Of a stretch of DNA of 41,673 bases, positions 8,859 through 16,104 are shown one piece after another. Below the pieces are notes generated by a model. The model saw nothing but the letters and a program-made list of their open reading frames with translations, was not told the origin of the DNA and ran no database searches. Origin of the DNA: a virus (taxonomy: Duplodnaviria; Heunggongvirae; Uroviricota; Caudoviricetes); the IMG/VR virus record IMGVR_UViG_3300006145_000006, positions 66,480 through 108,152 of that record. One strand, 5' to 3'. Every line of letters begins with the position of its first letter. Position 1 is the stretch's first letter. A program made the translations under genes and the position numbers.

Positions 8859-9149
8859 TTACTTGCTCTCGAAAACTTTCATAGCATCAATGTGCGCCTT
8901 GGCCTCGGACAAAGTGCATCCAGTCTGCTCACGATACAGAACGCAGGCATTCACGGTATTGCCGGCGGCAACCAGTTCCTGGACGGTCGGATGACACTCA
9001 ATCGCCCTTCCACTAACAGACAACCCCCGCAAAAACTCGGAGTAAAGCTCAGGAGCTTTGTCACACTCGATCCCCGTCGTGATCTGAAATGCCATAAGAA
9101 CATAGTTGCCCCTGACGATGTCACCGTTAGAAAGTTTGTAAAATTCCAT
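8859..9149 (-). CDS. Protein with a ribosomal L7/L12 C-terminal-like motif
   Basis: ELVAAGNTVNACVLYREQTGCTLSEAKAHIDAM fits the L..G..i.Aik.yRe.tg.gL.EAK..vd pattern. Confidence 0.6.
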   Translation of the reverse strand: MEFYKLSNGDIVRGNYVLMAFQITTGIECDKAPELYSEFLRGLSVSGRAIECHPTVQELVAAGNTVNACVLYREQTGCTLSEAKAHIDAMKVFESK

Positions 9150-9190
9150 AAAGCTCCCTCCAAAGTTGATAGAATCGCGGTTTACCTGGC

Positions 9191-9385
9191 TTACTTGCGC
9201 TCGTACTTAGTCCCCGTCCAGTCAAAAGCCCGGATAATATACCCGGAAATGCACTGGAGAATTTCATCATCGTTCTCTCGGATAAACCGATCCATGTCCA
9301 CCGTCTTATGGTCGTGCTCAAAATCCTCGATGAAGCGCATAACTTCCTCCAGCGTAATGTCGCTACGCTTGCAGGCGGACACCAC
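9191..9385 (-). CDS. Hypothetical protein
   Basis: 64-aa ORF in the operon. Confidence 0.65.
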   Translation of the reverse strand: MVSACKRSDITLEEVMRFIEDFEHDHKTVDMDRFIRENDDEILQCISGYIIRAFDWTGTKYERK

Positions 9386-9617
9386 CCCGCCTGGTAGGCC
9401 GTGGGCGCTTATACGGGCTACATCCTTTGACTCGCCAATTTAGTCGTTTTGCGTTTGACATTAGGCCGTTGGGGTTTGCCTTCTTGACTTGCTCGGCCTG
9501 GCTCTTGGTCTGCTCGCTATAGTTGGCATATTTCTGACAATCACTATGGCATCTATGTACGCCAGTACTATCTGTCCTGACATATCGATCCGCGCAGCCA
9601 TTACATGGACAGTTCAT
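9363..9617 (-). CDS. Small Cys-rich phage protein (CPCxGC..R..CHS.C.KY type)
   Basis: MNCPCNGCADR...CHSDCQKY. Confidence 0.75.
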   Translation of the reverse strand: MNCPCNGCADRYVRTDSTGVHRCHSDCQKYANYSEQTKSQAEQVKKANPNGLMSNAKRLNWRVKGCSPYKRPRPTRRGGVRLQA

Positions 9618-9619
9618 TA

Positions 9620-9910
9620 TCAGCACCGCCCATCTGCCCGGAGCAACGAGACGGCAAACCTGGCCTGCTCCATTGGGCAGTTGTTATTCTTGGCATAGAG
9701 CACAGCAGCATCTTCGTGCATTCCGTTTGCACACAACTCGCTCACCGTGCTGAACGGCATTTTTTCAAGACCTCCCAGCTCCGCCGCCAGTTTTGCCCGA
9801 TACTGCTTGGAACTCAATCCCGGGTTCTTTTGCTTGGCAATCAAAAATCCCCGGAGATTTAGCTCTCTGTCAGTGTAGATTTTGCCATTACCACTCTTGT
9901 AGAGACACAT
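9620..9910 (-). CDS. Paralog of 8859..9149 with a divergent L7/L12-CTD-like motif
   Basis: Start at ATG 9910 behind AAAGGGGG. Shares the YK..NG.I N-terminus and TV.EL.A.G....A.VLY.....C....A C-terminus. Confidence 0.7.
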   Translation of the reverse strand: MCLYKSGNGKIYTDRELNLRGFLIAKQKNPGLSSKQYRAKLAAELGGLEKMPFSTVSELCANGMHEDAAVLYAKNNNCPMEQARFAVSLLRADGRC

Positions 9911-9944
9911 GTGTCTCGCCCCCTTTATTTTGTTTTGCGTATTG

Positions 9945-9973
9945 ATAATACCATACGCAAATATTAAAGTCAA
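9945..9973 (-). promoter_or_regulatory. sigmaA-type internal promoter with an overlapping inverted repeat
   Basis: TTGACT-17-TATTAT on the minus strand. TTTGCGTAT/ATACGCAAA arms flank the -10. Confidence 0.7.
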
Positions 9974-10137
9974 TAGGAATTTTCATTCTCTTGCATCATG
10001 GGTAATGTATCGATCCAGTCATTGAGCCATTTCCAATGAGGGAAAATAAGATCGGACACAAGACCCAGGATGCCGAAGCCGAAGAAGATAACCCCTCCGG
10101 CTCCGGCAACAAAGATGATTCGCTCTAGCGCACTCAT
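9970..10137 (-). CDS. Small membrane protein (55 aa, not in ORF track)
   Basis: MSALERIIFVAGAGGVIFFGFGILGLVSDLIFPHWKW...; one predicted TM helix; overlaps the upstream stop. Confidence 0.7.
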   Translation of the reverse strand: MSALERIIFVAGAGGVIFFGFGILGLVSDLIFPHWKWLNDWIDTLPMMQENENSY

Positions 10138-11123
10138 CACGCCTTTACCATGGTAGGCATGAAGTTATCTTCGGCCACATTGTTATAGGGCATCTTGACA
10201 TCATCCTTAGAGGCTCCACCGCCGGTTACCTTTTTGCGCTCCGGCAAAATGCTTTCCCAATATTTGGTCACAGCCTGCAAATCCCCCTTCGCGTGAGGGA
10301 ATTTGTCGATGGCCTTTGCCTTAATCTGTCGCGGCTCAGTGCCCTGGTTGGCCTTTACAATCTCCCTGCTCACAACCCCAAGGCGGTCTGTGTTGCTGAG
10401 ATAGATATTCCTCAGCGCCTTGATGATGGTCTGATTATAGGCACGGTCAGAGCTATGCCATCCGCTATCCTGGATAACCTTCAAAATCCAGTACAAGGCA
10501 TCCGGCCCGTTCTTTTTGCAAATTTGATAAGCAGATTTGAGGGCAGACAGCCGAGCCGCCCCCTCCTCATTGCCAGGCTTGCACAATACGCGCTGCGGCA
10601 GAGACTCGCATACCCGCAGGATCTCAAAGACCACGGAATCCGCATCCTCCCCACGCTGAACAAGGGCGGCCTTAAAGTCGTCAAAGGCGCTCATCCTCTT
10701 CCTCGGGGCGTTATTCTGCTTGCGGTACTGAGTGGCCTCGTCGGAGAGAGATTTTCCTACATAGATGCGGCAGGGGAGGTCTGTGATCCCAGCCTTCTTG
10801 GCACCCTCTACCCGATGCCACCCATCTGTCACCCAGAACCATCCATCCCGATAAGAGACACTGATGGTTTCACACAAACCCCAGTTCCAATTGGCAGCGA
10901 TATCATTGATAAGAGCCTCATCTGCCGGCAATGTATGATCGCGCTGGTAACCATCCTCCCCATCCTCCACGGCCATGAACGCAATAGGCAAGTCTGCTTC
11001 TAAGATCCCATGGTGCTTTTCTGCGTTTTTTACGAGTAGGTCGCAGGCAGTGCGGCGGACAGCGTCAATGTCTTGGGCGATGGTGACGGGTTCTTTGTTC
11101 TCCTTGTTGTTGAACAGCTTCAT
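10137..11123 (-). CDS. ParB/Srx-like domain protein (DUF6551-like)
   Basis: VSYRDGWFWVTDGWHRV motif (DGxHR) followed by a helical region; 328 aa. Confidence 0.7.
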   Translation of the reverse strand: MKLFNNKENKEPVTIAQDIDAVRRTACDLLVKNAEKHHGILEADLPIAFMAVEDGEDGYQRDHTLPADEALINDIAANWNWGLCETISVSYRDGWFWVTDGWHRVEGAKKAGITDLPCRIYVGKSLSDEATQYRKQNNAPRKRMSAFDDFKAALVQRGEDADSVVFEILRVCESLPQRVLCKPGNEEGAARLSALKSAYQICKKNGPDALYWILKVIQDSGWHSSDRAYNQTIIKALRNIYLSNTDRLGVVSREIVKANQGTEPRQIKAKAIDKFPHAKGDLQAVTKYWESILPERKKVTGGGASKDDVKMPYNNVAEDNFMPTMVKA

Positions 11124-11167
11124 GATTTGTTATCTCCCTTCAAAAATGTGGTTTGGTTATGTAATAA

Positions 11168-11275
11168 TCAGGTCAATCGGTCGTACTTCTCCTCGAAGAA
11201 GTTGTATATGCGGTGGTCCATCTTCTCGCACCACGCAAACAGGTGCATGAGCATGAGGTAAATTTCCTTTCTCAT
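11168..11275 (-). CDS. Small hypothetical protein (35 aa, not in ORF track)
   Basis: GGAGG RBS; MRKEIYLMLMHLFAWCEKMDHRIYNFFEEKYDRLT; ATGA overlap. Confidence 0.6.
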   Translation of the reverse strand: MRKEIYLMLMHLFAWCEKMDHRIYNFFEEKYDRLT

Positions 11276-11622
11276 TGGCATTCCTCCTTTTCGGTGCCAA
11301 CACCCATACAGGAGCTGGCAAGATTGTCAATGTGCGCAGGGTGGATCTCGGACGGCTGGTACACGCCAATAGAATCCAGCTCCTTCGGCTTGGCAACACC
11401 ATCTACACTGGAAGCCCACGACCGTGCCGCAGCACTCACCCGCCCATCCCAGTTGCCAACGGTGTTGACCAGCTCCGCCACGGCCAAGATTGCCTCACGG
11501 TGACCAATCATGCCCCCCAGGATTGAGACGGTTTCCTCCGGCGTGTTATTGCCCTCAAACCGGCTCTTTGTGTACGCCTCCACAAGAGCTTTTTGCCGTG
11601 CCTTGACTGTCTTTTTGTCCAT
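11272..11622 (-). CDS. Hypothetical protein
   Basis: Start moved to ATG 11622 behind GGGAGGAG. Confidence 0.8.
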   Translation of the reverse strand: MDKKTVKARQKALVEAYTKSRFEGNNTPEETVSILGGMIGHREAILAVAELVNTVGNWDGRVSAAARSWASSVDGVAKPKELDSIGVYQPSEIHPAHIDNLASSCMGVGTEKEECQ

Positions 11623-11654
11623 AATGTACTCCTCCCTTTTTGAATTTTGGGCAC

Positions 11655-11690
11655 AAAAATAGACCGCCAAGGCTTACACCTCAGCGGTCT
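11655..11690 (-). terminator. Intrinsic terminator directly upstream of the 11622 gene
   Basis: On the minus strand, AGACCGCTGAGG-TGTAAG-CCTTGGCGGTCT followed by ATTTTT. Confidence 0.7.
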
Positions 11691-11759
11691 GATAAAATTG
11701 ATGTTTTATAAGGTTTGGGGAGGGGCCTATCGCTTGACCCCTCCCCGGCGGGTTTCCCA

Positions 11760-11788
11760 TTGACACATCCCAAAATTCGCCTTATAAT
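11760..11788 (+). promoter_or_regulatory. Consensus sigmaA promoter for the toxin-like peptide
   Basis: TTGACA-17-TATAAT, an exact match. Confidence 0.85.
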
Positions 11789-11876
11789 GACTCTGCGGTT
11801 AACACCTCCCGTACATCAGCAAATACCCTTTACATAGGTCACAGATTCCATGTGACCACGAAAGGAGGTGTCGCCC

Positions 11877-11969
11877 ATAGAGTTCGTCCTACTTAACATT
11901 GCGGCCAGCTTGGTCGCTAATGCGATTTGGGATGGTCTCCGGGCCATGTGGCGTGCTGTAGCACGCTAA
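11877..11969 (+). CDS. Type I toxin-like hydrophobic peptide (30 aa, ATA start)
   Basis: AAAGGAGGTG RBS, then (M)EFVLLNIAASLVANAIWDGLRAMWRAVAR. It has its own promoter, an upstream anti-SD and a downstream hairpin. Confidence 0.65.
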   Translation: MEFVLLNIAASLVANAIWDGLRAMWRAVAR

Positions 11970-11976
11970 TCGCACG

Positions 11977-12003
11977 GAGGCGGGGCGATGAGCGTCCCGC
12001 CTC
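11977..12003 (+). terminator. Hairpin after the toxin-like ORF
   Basis: GAGGCGGGGCG-ATGAG-CGTCCCGCCTC followed by TCGTTT. Confidence 0.6.
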
Positions 12004-12045
12004 TCGTTTCGTCCTCCCGGCTCCTGCACCTGCGGAGGGCGATAT

Positions 12046-12080
12046 AAAACCGCCCAAGGCCGATGGTCTTGGGCGGTTTG
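12046..12080. terminator. Bidirectional terminator downstream of the AAA ATPase gene
   Basis: AAACCGCCCAAG...CTTGGGCGGTTT inverted repeat. Confidence 0.75.
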
Positions 12081-12096
12081 TTGGATGGTATTTGTA

Positions 12097-13269
12097 CTAC
12101 AATTCCAAATCAGGATTGATTCGTTTGATATAATTATCAAATTGCGGAACGGTAAAGTCTATTTCTCCATAAGAAGTAGGATATATCATGCCTTTGTTGA
12201 TGAGTTGTGCCCTTATCAACGATATGGAGTTTACCTTTTTCCCAAGCACACTTGCCACGTTTGCAATTGTGCAAGGTAACTTCCCACATTTCACCATAGC
12301 GGTCATAAACTGCTTCTCCCGGTTTGTGCATCTGCGATACCGTACAGAAAAAAATCCCTTATCTAACTCTTGCCAAAACAAGCTCTCCGCCGCCTTGACA
12401 TCTTCCACAGATATCACAATCCTATTCTCAGTGCTAACCCATGTAGCACTGCACATTTCTTGAATGAAGTAGGGGTAGCCTCCAGTGATTTGAATAATTT
12501 CTTCTATCGCTTCGTCTGTATATGAGACACCAAGATCCTGCGCCGGCATCTGAATGGCCGCCTTAGCCTCCTGTCGTTCAAGTGCACCAATCACCTCGTA
12601 GCGGAAAAGACGTTCCGCATAAGAGCAAGCCTCCCCCACTTCTTGGAGCAACTTTGGCAGGCCGGCACAAAAAATCATCACCGGCAAACGAAGTTGATTG
12701 CAACGATGTAGCGCCATAATAAGGCCGGCGTTTTCCTCTTTCGAGAGGTATTGCATTTCGTCTACAAATATGCAAATAGTGTCGCCGGAATTAGAAGCCG
12801 CTTTACCGATTTGTGTCATAATGTCCACCAAATCGCTGGAATAAACTCCGCTTACAAAGCTTGCATCCTGGTCAATACCTACAGCGAATTCTCCATCTTC
12901 AATTTTATAGCGAAGCGAGAAAGCTTTAATAAGCGAGAGGCACCGGCGTGCAAAATCTTTTGCTGTTTCTTTTATGCTGATTTCGTGAGCAAATCGCTGA
13001 AGCGCAACAAGAAGATTGTTAGTGAATTTCCCATTAGTATCTGCTTCAATGTGAGCATAGAGGATATTATAGTTATCAGCAATGTTAGCAATTGCATTGA
13101 GCAGAACCGTTTTCCCTACGCCCCGGAGGCCATAATATAACATAGACTGCTGTGGATATCTCTTTTGAATGCTGCTTAAACACTGCTCTGCGTGCTCAAT
13201 TTGATTTTCTCGACCTGCCAAATAGGCTGGCATGAAACCTGCGCCTGGCGTGTACGGATTTGCGTTCAT
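12097..13269 (-). CDS. AAA_16-like P-loop ATPase with C-terminal winged helix (moron)
   Basis: NPYTPGAG..P..LAGRE N-terminus, Walker A GLRGVGKT, Walker B IFVDEMQ, GGYPYFIQ. AT-rich, with its own promoter and terminator. Confidence 0.85.
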   Translation of the reverse strand: MNANPYTPGAGFMPAYLAGRENQIEHAEQCLSSIQKRYPQQSMLYYGLRGVGKTVLLNAIANIADNYNILYAHIEADTNGKFTNNLLVALQRFAHEISIKETAKDFARRCLSLIKAFSLRYKIEDGEFAVGIDQDASFVSGVYSSDLVDIMTQIGKAASNSGDTICIFVDEMQYLSKEENAGLIMALHRCNQLRLPVMIFCAGLPKLLQEVGEACSYAERLFRYEVIGALERQEAKAAIQMPAQDLGVSYTDEAIEEIIQITGGYPYFIQEMCSATWVSTENRIVISVEDVKAAESLFWQELDKGFFSVRYRRCTNREKQFMTAMVKCGKLPCTIANVASVLGKKVNSISLIRAQLINKGMIYPTSYGEIDFTVPQFDNYIKRINPDLEL

Positions 13270-13344
13270 TGGCTTGCCTCCTTTATATGAATTTATTTGT
13301 AGATATATGCTTTTTTTCGCCTTACGATGCCGTGATTTGTTTTT

Positions 13345-13372
13345 AGTATACCATACAGAGCGACATTGTCAA
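13345..13372 (-). promoter_or_regulatory. Promoter of the AAA ATPase moron
   Basis: TTGACA-16-TATACT with a TG extension. Confidence 0.7.
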
Positions 13373-13375
13373 GAG

Positions 13376-13410
13376 CAAAAGAGCCGCCTGGGCGGGCGGC
13401 TCTTGTCGTT
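13376..13410 (-). terminator. Intrinsic terminator
   Basis: AAGAGCCGCC...GGCGGCTCTT stem followed by TTTT on the minus strand. Confidence 0.7.
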
Positions 13411-13442
13411 TCCTCTGGTTTGTGGTAGGATTGGGGTGGAGG

Positions 13443-13471
13443 TTGAAATCCTCTGGTAGTTGTGGTAGAAT
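13443..13471 (+). promoter_or_regulatory. Promoter of the GHKL moron
   Basis: TTGAAA-17-TAGAAT with a TG extension. Confidence 0.7.
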
Positions 13472-13519
13472 GTGGTCGATTATATCTTGCTCCATAAGTC
13501 AAATTTTGGAGGTCTTACA

Positions 13520-14911
13520 ATGAAAGAATTCGATTTGAACATTGAGCGAATTCTGGAAAACTGGGAAGTCTACCACGCAATTCGAGAAATAATAGCAAAT
13601 GCATTAGACGAGCAAATTTTAACCGAGACAAGGCCAATTGAGATAAAGAAAATAGGCGATGTGTGGCATATTATAGACTATGGACGAGGCCTAAATTATC
13701 GCCATCTAACCCAAAACGAAAATCAAGAGAAATTGAACAACGAAAAATTGATTGGCCGATTCGGGGTTGGGCTGAAGGATGCTCTCGCAACCTTGTATAG
13801 ACACAACATTGATGTTACTATTTATTCAAAATTTGGCACTATCACGCTCAAGAATGTGCCTAAGGCAAATTTTGACGATATAATTACATTACACGCAGAG
13901 ATCGGTCTTCCAATCAACCCGTCTATGACGGGTACAGACTTCGCTCTTATCGGATGCTCAGATGATGATATAGAACAGGCCAAGTCGCTATTTCTTCATT
14001 TTCAAAATGAACAAATATTATCCACAACTAATTATGGGCAGATAATGCAAAAATCATCTGAACAGGCTTTCATCTATATCAACGGAGTGAAGGTTGCAGA
14101 GGAACCAAATTTTCTGTTCTCCTACAATATCACATCTTTGACGCGAAATTTGAAAAAGGCTCTTAATCGCGAAAGAGCAAATGTAGGGAGAACCGCTTAC
14201 GCAGATCGTGTTAAGGCCATTATATTGGCAACAGAAGAAGATGAAGTAATTGACGCATTGATGAGCAACCTCAAAGAAATGAGTAGCGGCAATCAGTGTG
14301 ATGAAATCAAATGGACAGATATTGCTGCCTATATTACTTCAAAATTAAACGATTCAGAAGATACTGTGTTCGTGACTCCAGAAGAATATTCTCATTATTC
14401 CGGCTCCACACTCGAAATCATTGAAGATAGCGGGAGGCAAGTAGTCTTTGTCCCAGAAAATGTTAAAAAGAAATCTATCGAAAGTGATGAAAGCATTTAT
14501 ACTGTCTCAGATGTAATTGAAGACTACAACAATAGTTTTGAATATTCGTTCATCTCATTAGAGGAATTGAACCCCGATGAGCGTGAAAATCTTCTATCAA
14601 TTCTTCCCGTTTTAACTATTCTTAGTTTGGATGATTGGTTTAAGTCGATTGAAGTTTCAACCAAGTTAAAAAACACGGATGATTACATAGATGCTGTGGG
14701 AATTTGGGATCCCCAGATTGAGAAAATTGTAATTCGAAGAGACCAACTATCATTTCGGGAAACATTATTTGGTCTTATCCTACACGAAATCGCCCATGCA
14801 ACATCTCTATGTTCTGATTGTTCGAGGGGCTTTGAGAGCGCATTAACTGACATAATTGGTGAACTCGCCTTAATCGTTCAAGAATTCTTGTCGAGAAACG
14901 ACATTGAATAA
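13520..14911 (+). CDS. GHKL (HATPase/MORC-like) ATPase with a C-terminal HExxH metallopeptidase-like motif (moron)
   Basis: REIIANALD, IIDYGRGL and GRFGVGLKDA boxes; C-terminal LILHEIAHA. AT-rich and opposite in orientation to its neighbours. Start at ATG 13520 behind GGAGG. Confidence 0.8.
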   Translation: MKEFDLNIERILENWEVYHAIREIIANALDEQILTETRPIEIKKIGDVWHIIDYGRGLNYRHLTQNENQEKLNNEKLIGRFGVGLKDALATLYRHNIDVTIYSKFGTITLKNVPKANFDDIITLHAEIGLPINPSMTGTDFALIGCSDDDIEQAKSLFLHFQNEQILSTTNYGQIMQKSSEQAFIYINGVKVAEEPNFLFSYNITSLTRNLKKALNRERANVGRTAYADRVKAIILATEEDEVIDALMSNLKEMSSGNQCDEIKWTDIAAYITSKLNDSEDTVFVTPEEYSHYSGSTLEIIEDSGRQVVFVPENVKKKSIESDESIYTVSDVIEDYNNSFEYSFISLEELNPDERENLLSILPVLTILSLDDWFKSIEVSTKLKNTDDYIDAVGIWDPQIEKIVIRRDQLSFRETLFGLILHEIAHATSLCSDCSRGFESALTDIIGELALIVQEFLSRNDIE

Positions 14912-14914
14912 TTC

Positions 14915-15115
14915 TTATTGTCCAAAGTCATCATAGGTATATCTCTCAATAAAATTTTTTAAAACCGCATTTCTGCTTGTACCCTGTTGAGTACATTTAA
15001 GCTCGAAATCCTCATTTAGCTTTGGGGCAACCTTTACGACGATCCTCGCCTCTGTGGCTGCTCGTCTTGCTTTTTCACGTTGATATTCCTTTGCATAGTC
15101 TCTTTCCTTTGCCAC
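14915..15115 (-). CDS. Ribbon-helix-helix-like DNA-binding protein
   Basis: GTG start behind GGGGAGG. RIVVKVAPKLNEDFELKCTQQGTSRNAVLKNFIERY fits the RHH pattern. Confidence 0.65.
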   Translation of the reverse strand: MAKERDYAKEYQREKARRAATEARIVVKVAPKLNEDFELKCTQQGTSRNAVLKNFIERYTYDDFGQ

Positions 15116-15145
15116 GTTGCCCGCCTCCCCTGTATTGGTAGGCGT

Positions 15146-15174
15146 ATTATAGCACATGGCAGACTTTTCTTCAA
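15146..15174 (-). promoter_or_regulatory. Promoter of the RHH gene
   Basis: TTGAAG-17-TATAAT with TG. Confidence 0.7.
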
Positions 15175-15262
15175 GGCTCGTTTTCTTCTCTCGGCTAATA
15201 ACAAAATTCCTCCATCATAGTTTACACCCTCCCGCCTCATGCAGCCGCAGAGGGTGATAAAT

Positions 15263-15290
15263 AGCCCGCCGCCTTAATCGGTAGCGGGCT
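15263..15290 (-). terminator. Probable terminator after the 15330 gene
   Basis: AGCCCGC/GCGGGCT stem followed by ATTTAT on the minus strand. Confidence 0.55.
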
Positions 15291-15329
15291 CTATATATTG
15301 CCCTGGCGTCTGCCTGGGCTAGTTCTTGT

Positions 15330-15827
15330 TCACGCCATCATTGCCTCCCGGCAAATCTGATCCACCCATGTTCTCTTCCTCTTTGGCATTGGCGGCATAG
15401 GGTTGTAATGGTCTTTCCGGCTCTGGCTCATGGCGTGGTAATGCGGGGCCTTGATGTCTGCCCCCGTCCATGTTCCACCCTTTTCGGCCTTTGGCCTCTC
15501 TTTTGCTGTCCATCTCAAACATGGCTTGCGTTCATAGAAAGTCACTTCTTGAATTGGGCTATTAGCTCTTGCCGCTCTAAGCAATTTCCCAAGTTCACAC
15601 CCAGCAGGAATACTGATTTTGTGCCAAATAGATCCGTCTGGTGTCCTCTGTTGCTTGTACACGAAAATTTTATTTGTGTCGCACTTGTCCGACTCCAGCC
15701 CAGAGACATAACAAACGCCCTCATACAAGCCAAAAATGTGCCCCTTCTGAATCGAAAAATCAAGCCACGGGAAAGGGCATTTTGCAACGCGGAATTTGCC
15801 CTCTATCAACTTTGAAGCTCTGCCCAT
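15330..15827 (-). CDS. Basic hypothetical early protein
   Basis: Start moved to ATG 15827 behind AAAGGAG; 165 aa. Confidence 0.75.
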   Translation of the reverse strand: MGRASKLIEGKFRVAKCPFPWLDFSIQKGHIFGLYEGVCYVSGLESDKCDTNKIFVYKQQRTPDGSIWHKISIPAGCELGKLLRAARANSPIQEVTFYERKPCLRWTAKERPKAEKGGTWTGADIKAPHYHAMSQSRKDHYNPMPPMPKRKRTWVDQICREAMMA

Positions 15828-16104
15828 CTCGTTCTCTCCTTTCCTTTGTAGACCTCTAAAAATGGGTATAGTCCCAGGGCTGGCAGCTATAACGTCAGGA
15901 GAACATACCCACAAAATAAACGCCCATAAAGGCCATTTCTTGGCCCTCTACGGCGTTACCTTCATGTTGTGCCATTTTAGCCGTCTACGTCCTTTTGCGT
16001 GGCATTGTAGACGTTTCCACCCTCCACGGCGTGGACGTATGGCAAAAGGAGGGCACAAGAGAAAGGACGCCTTGCGGCGTCCCCTCTCTCGGTGAGTGTT
16101 CAGT

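Larger units (their letters stand above)
717..11709. repeat. Dispersed palindrome ATAAAA-N6-TTTTAT at gene junctions (left-arm copies)
   Basis: Copies start at 717, 1257, 4666, 5184 and 11692 (exact) and at 1529, 5367, 5774, 7378, 8333 and 8845 (1-2 mismatches). Confidence 0.9.

Noticed and set aside
717-11709. Dispersed repeats read as a CRISPR array
   Set aside because: The repeats are short with a variable core, are separated by whole genes at irregular distances, and no cas genes are present.
11940-12030. GGACGAAAC on the minus strand and GCGATGAG on the plus strand, resembling hammerhead ribozyme core pieces
   Set aside because: No CUGANGA is correctly placed on the same strand as the GAAA, so the core cannot be assembled.
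13293-13502. 69-aa minus-strand ORF between the two morons
   Set aside because: It runs across two promoters and a terminator, has no RBS, and has low-complexity composition.
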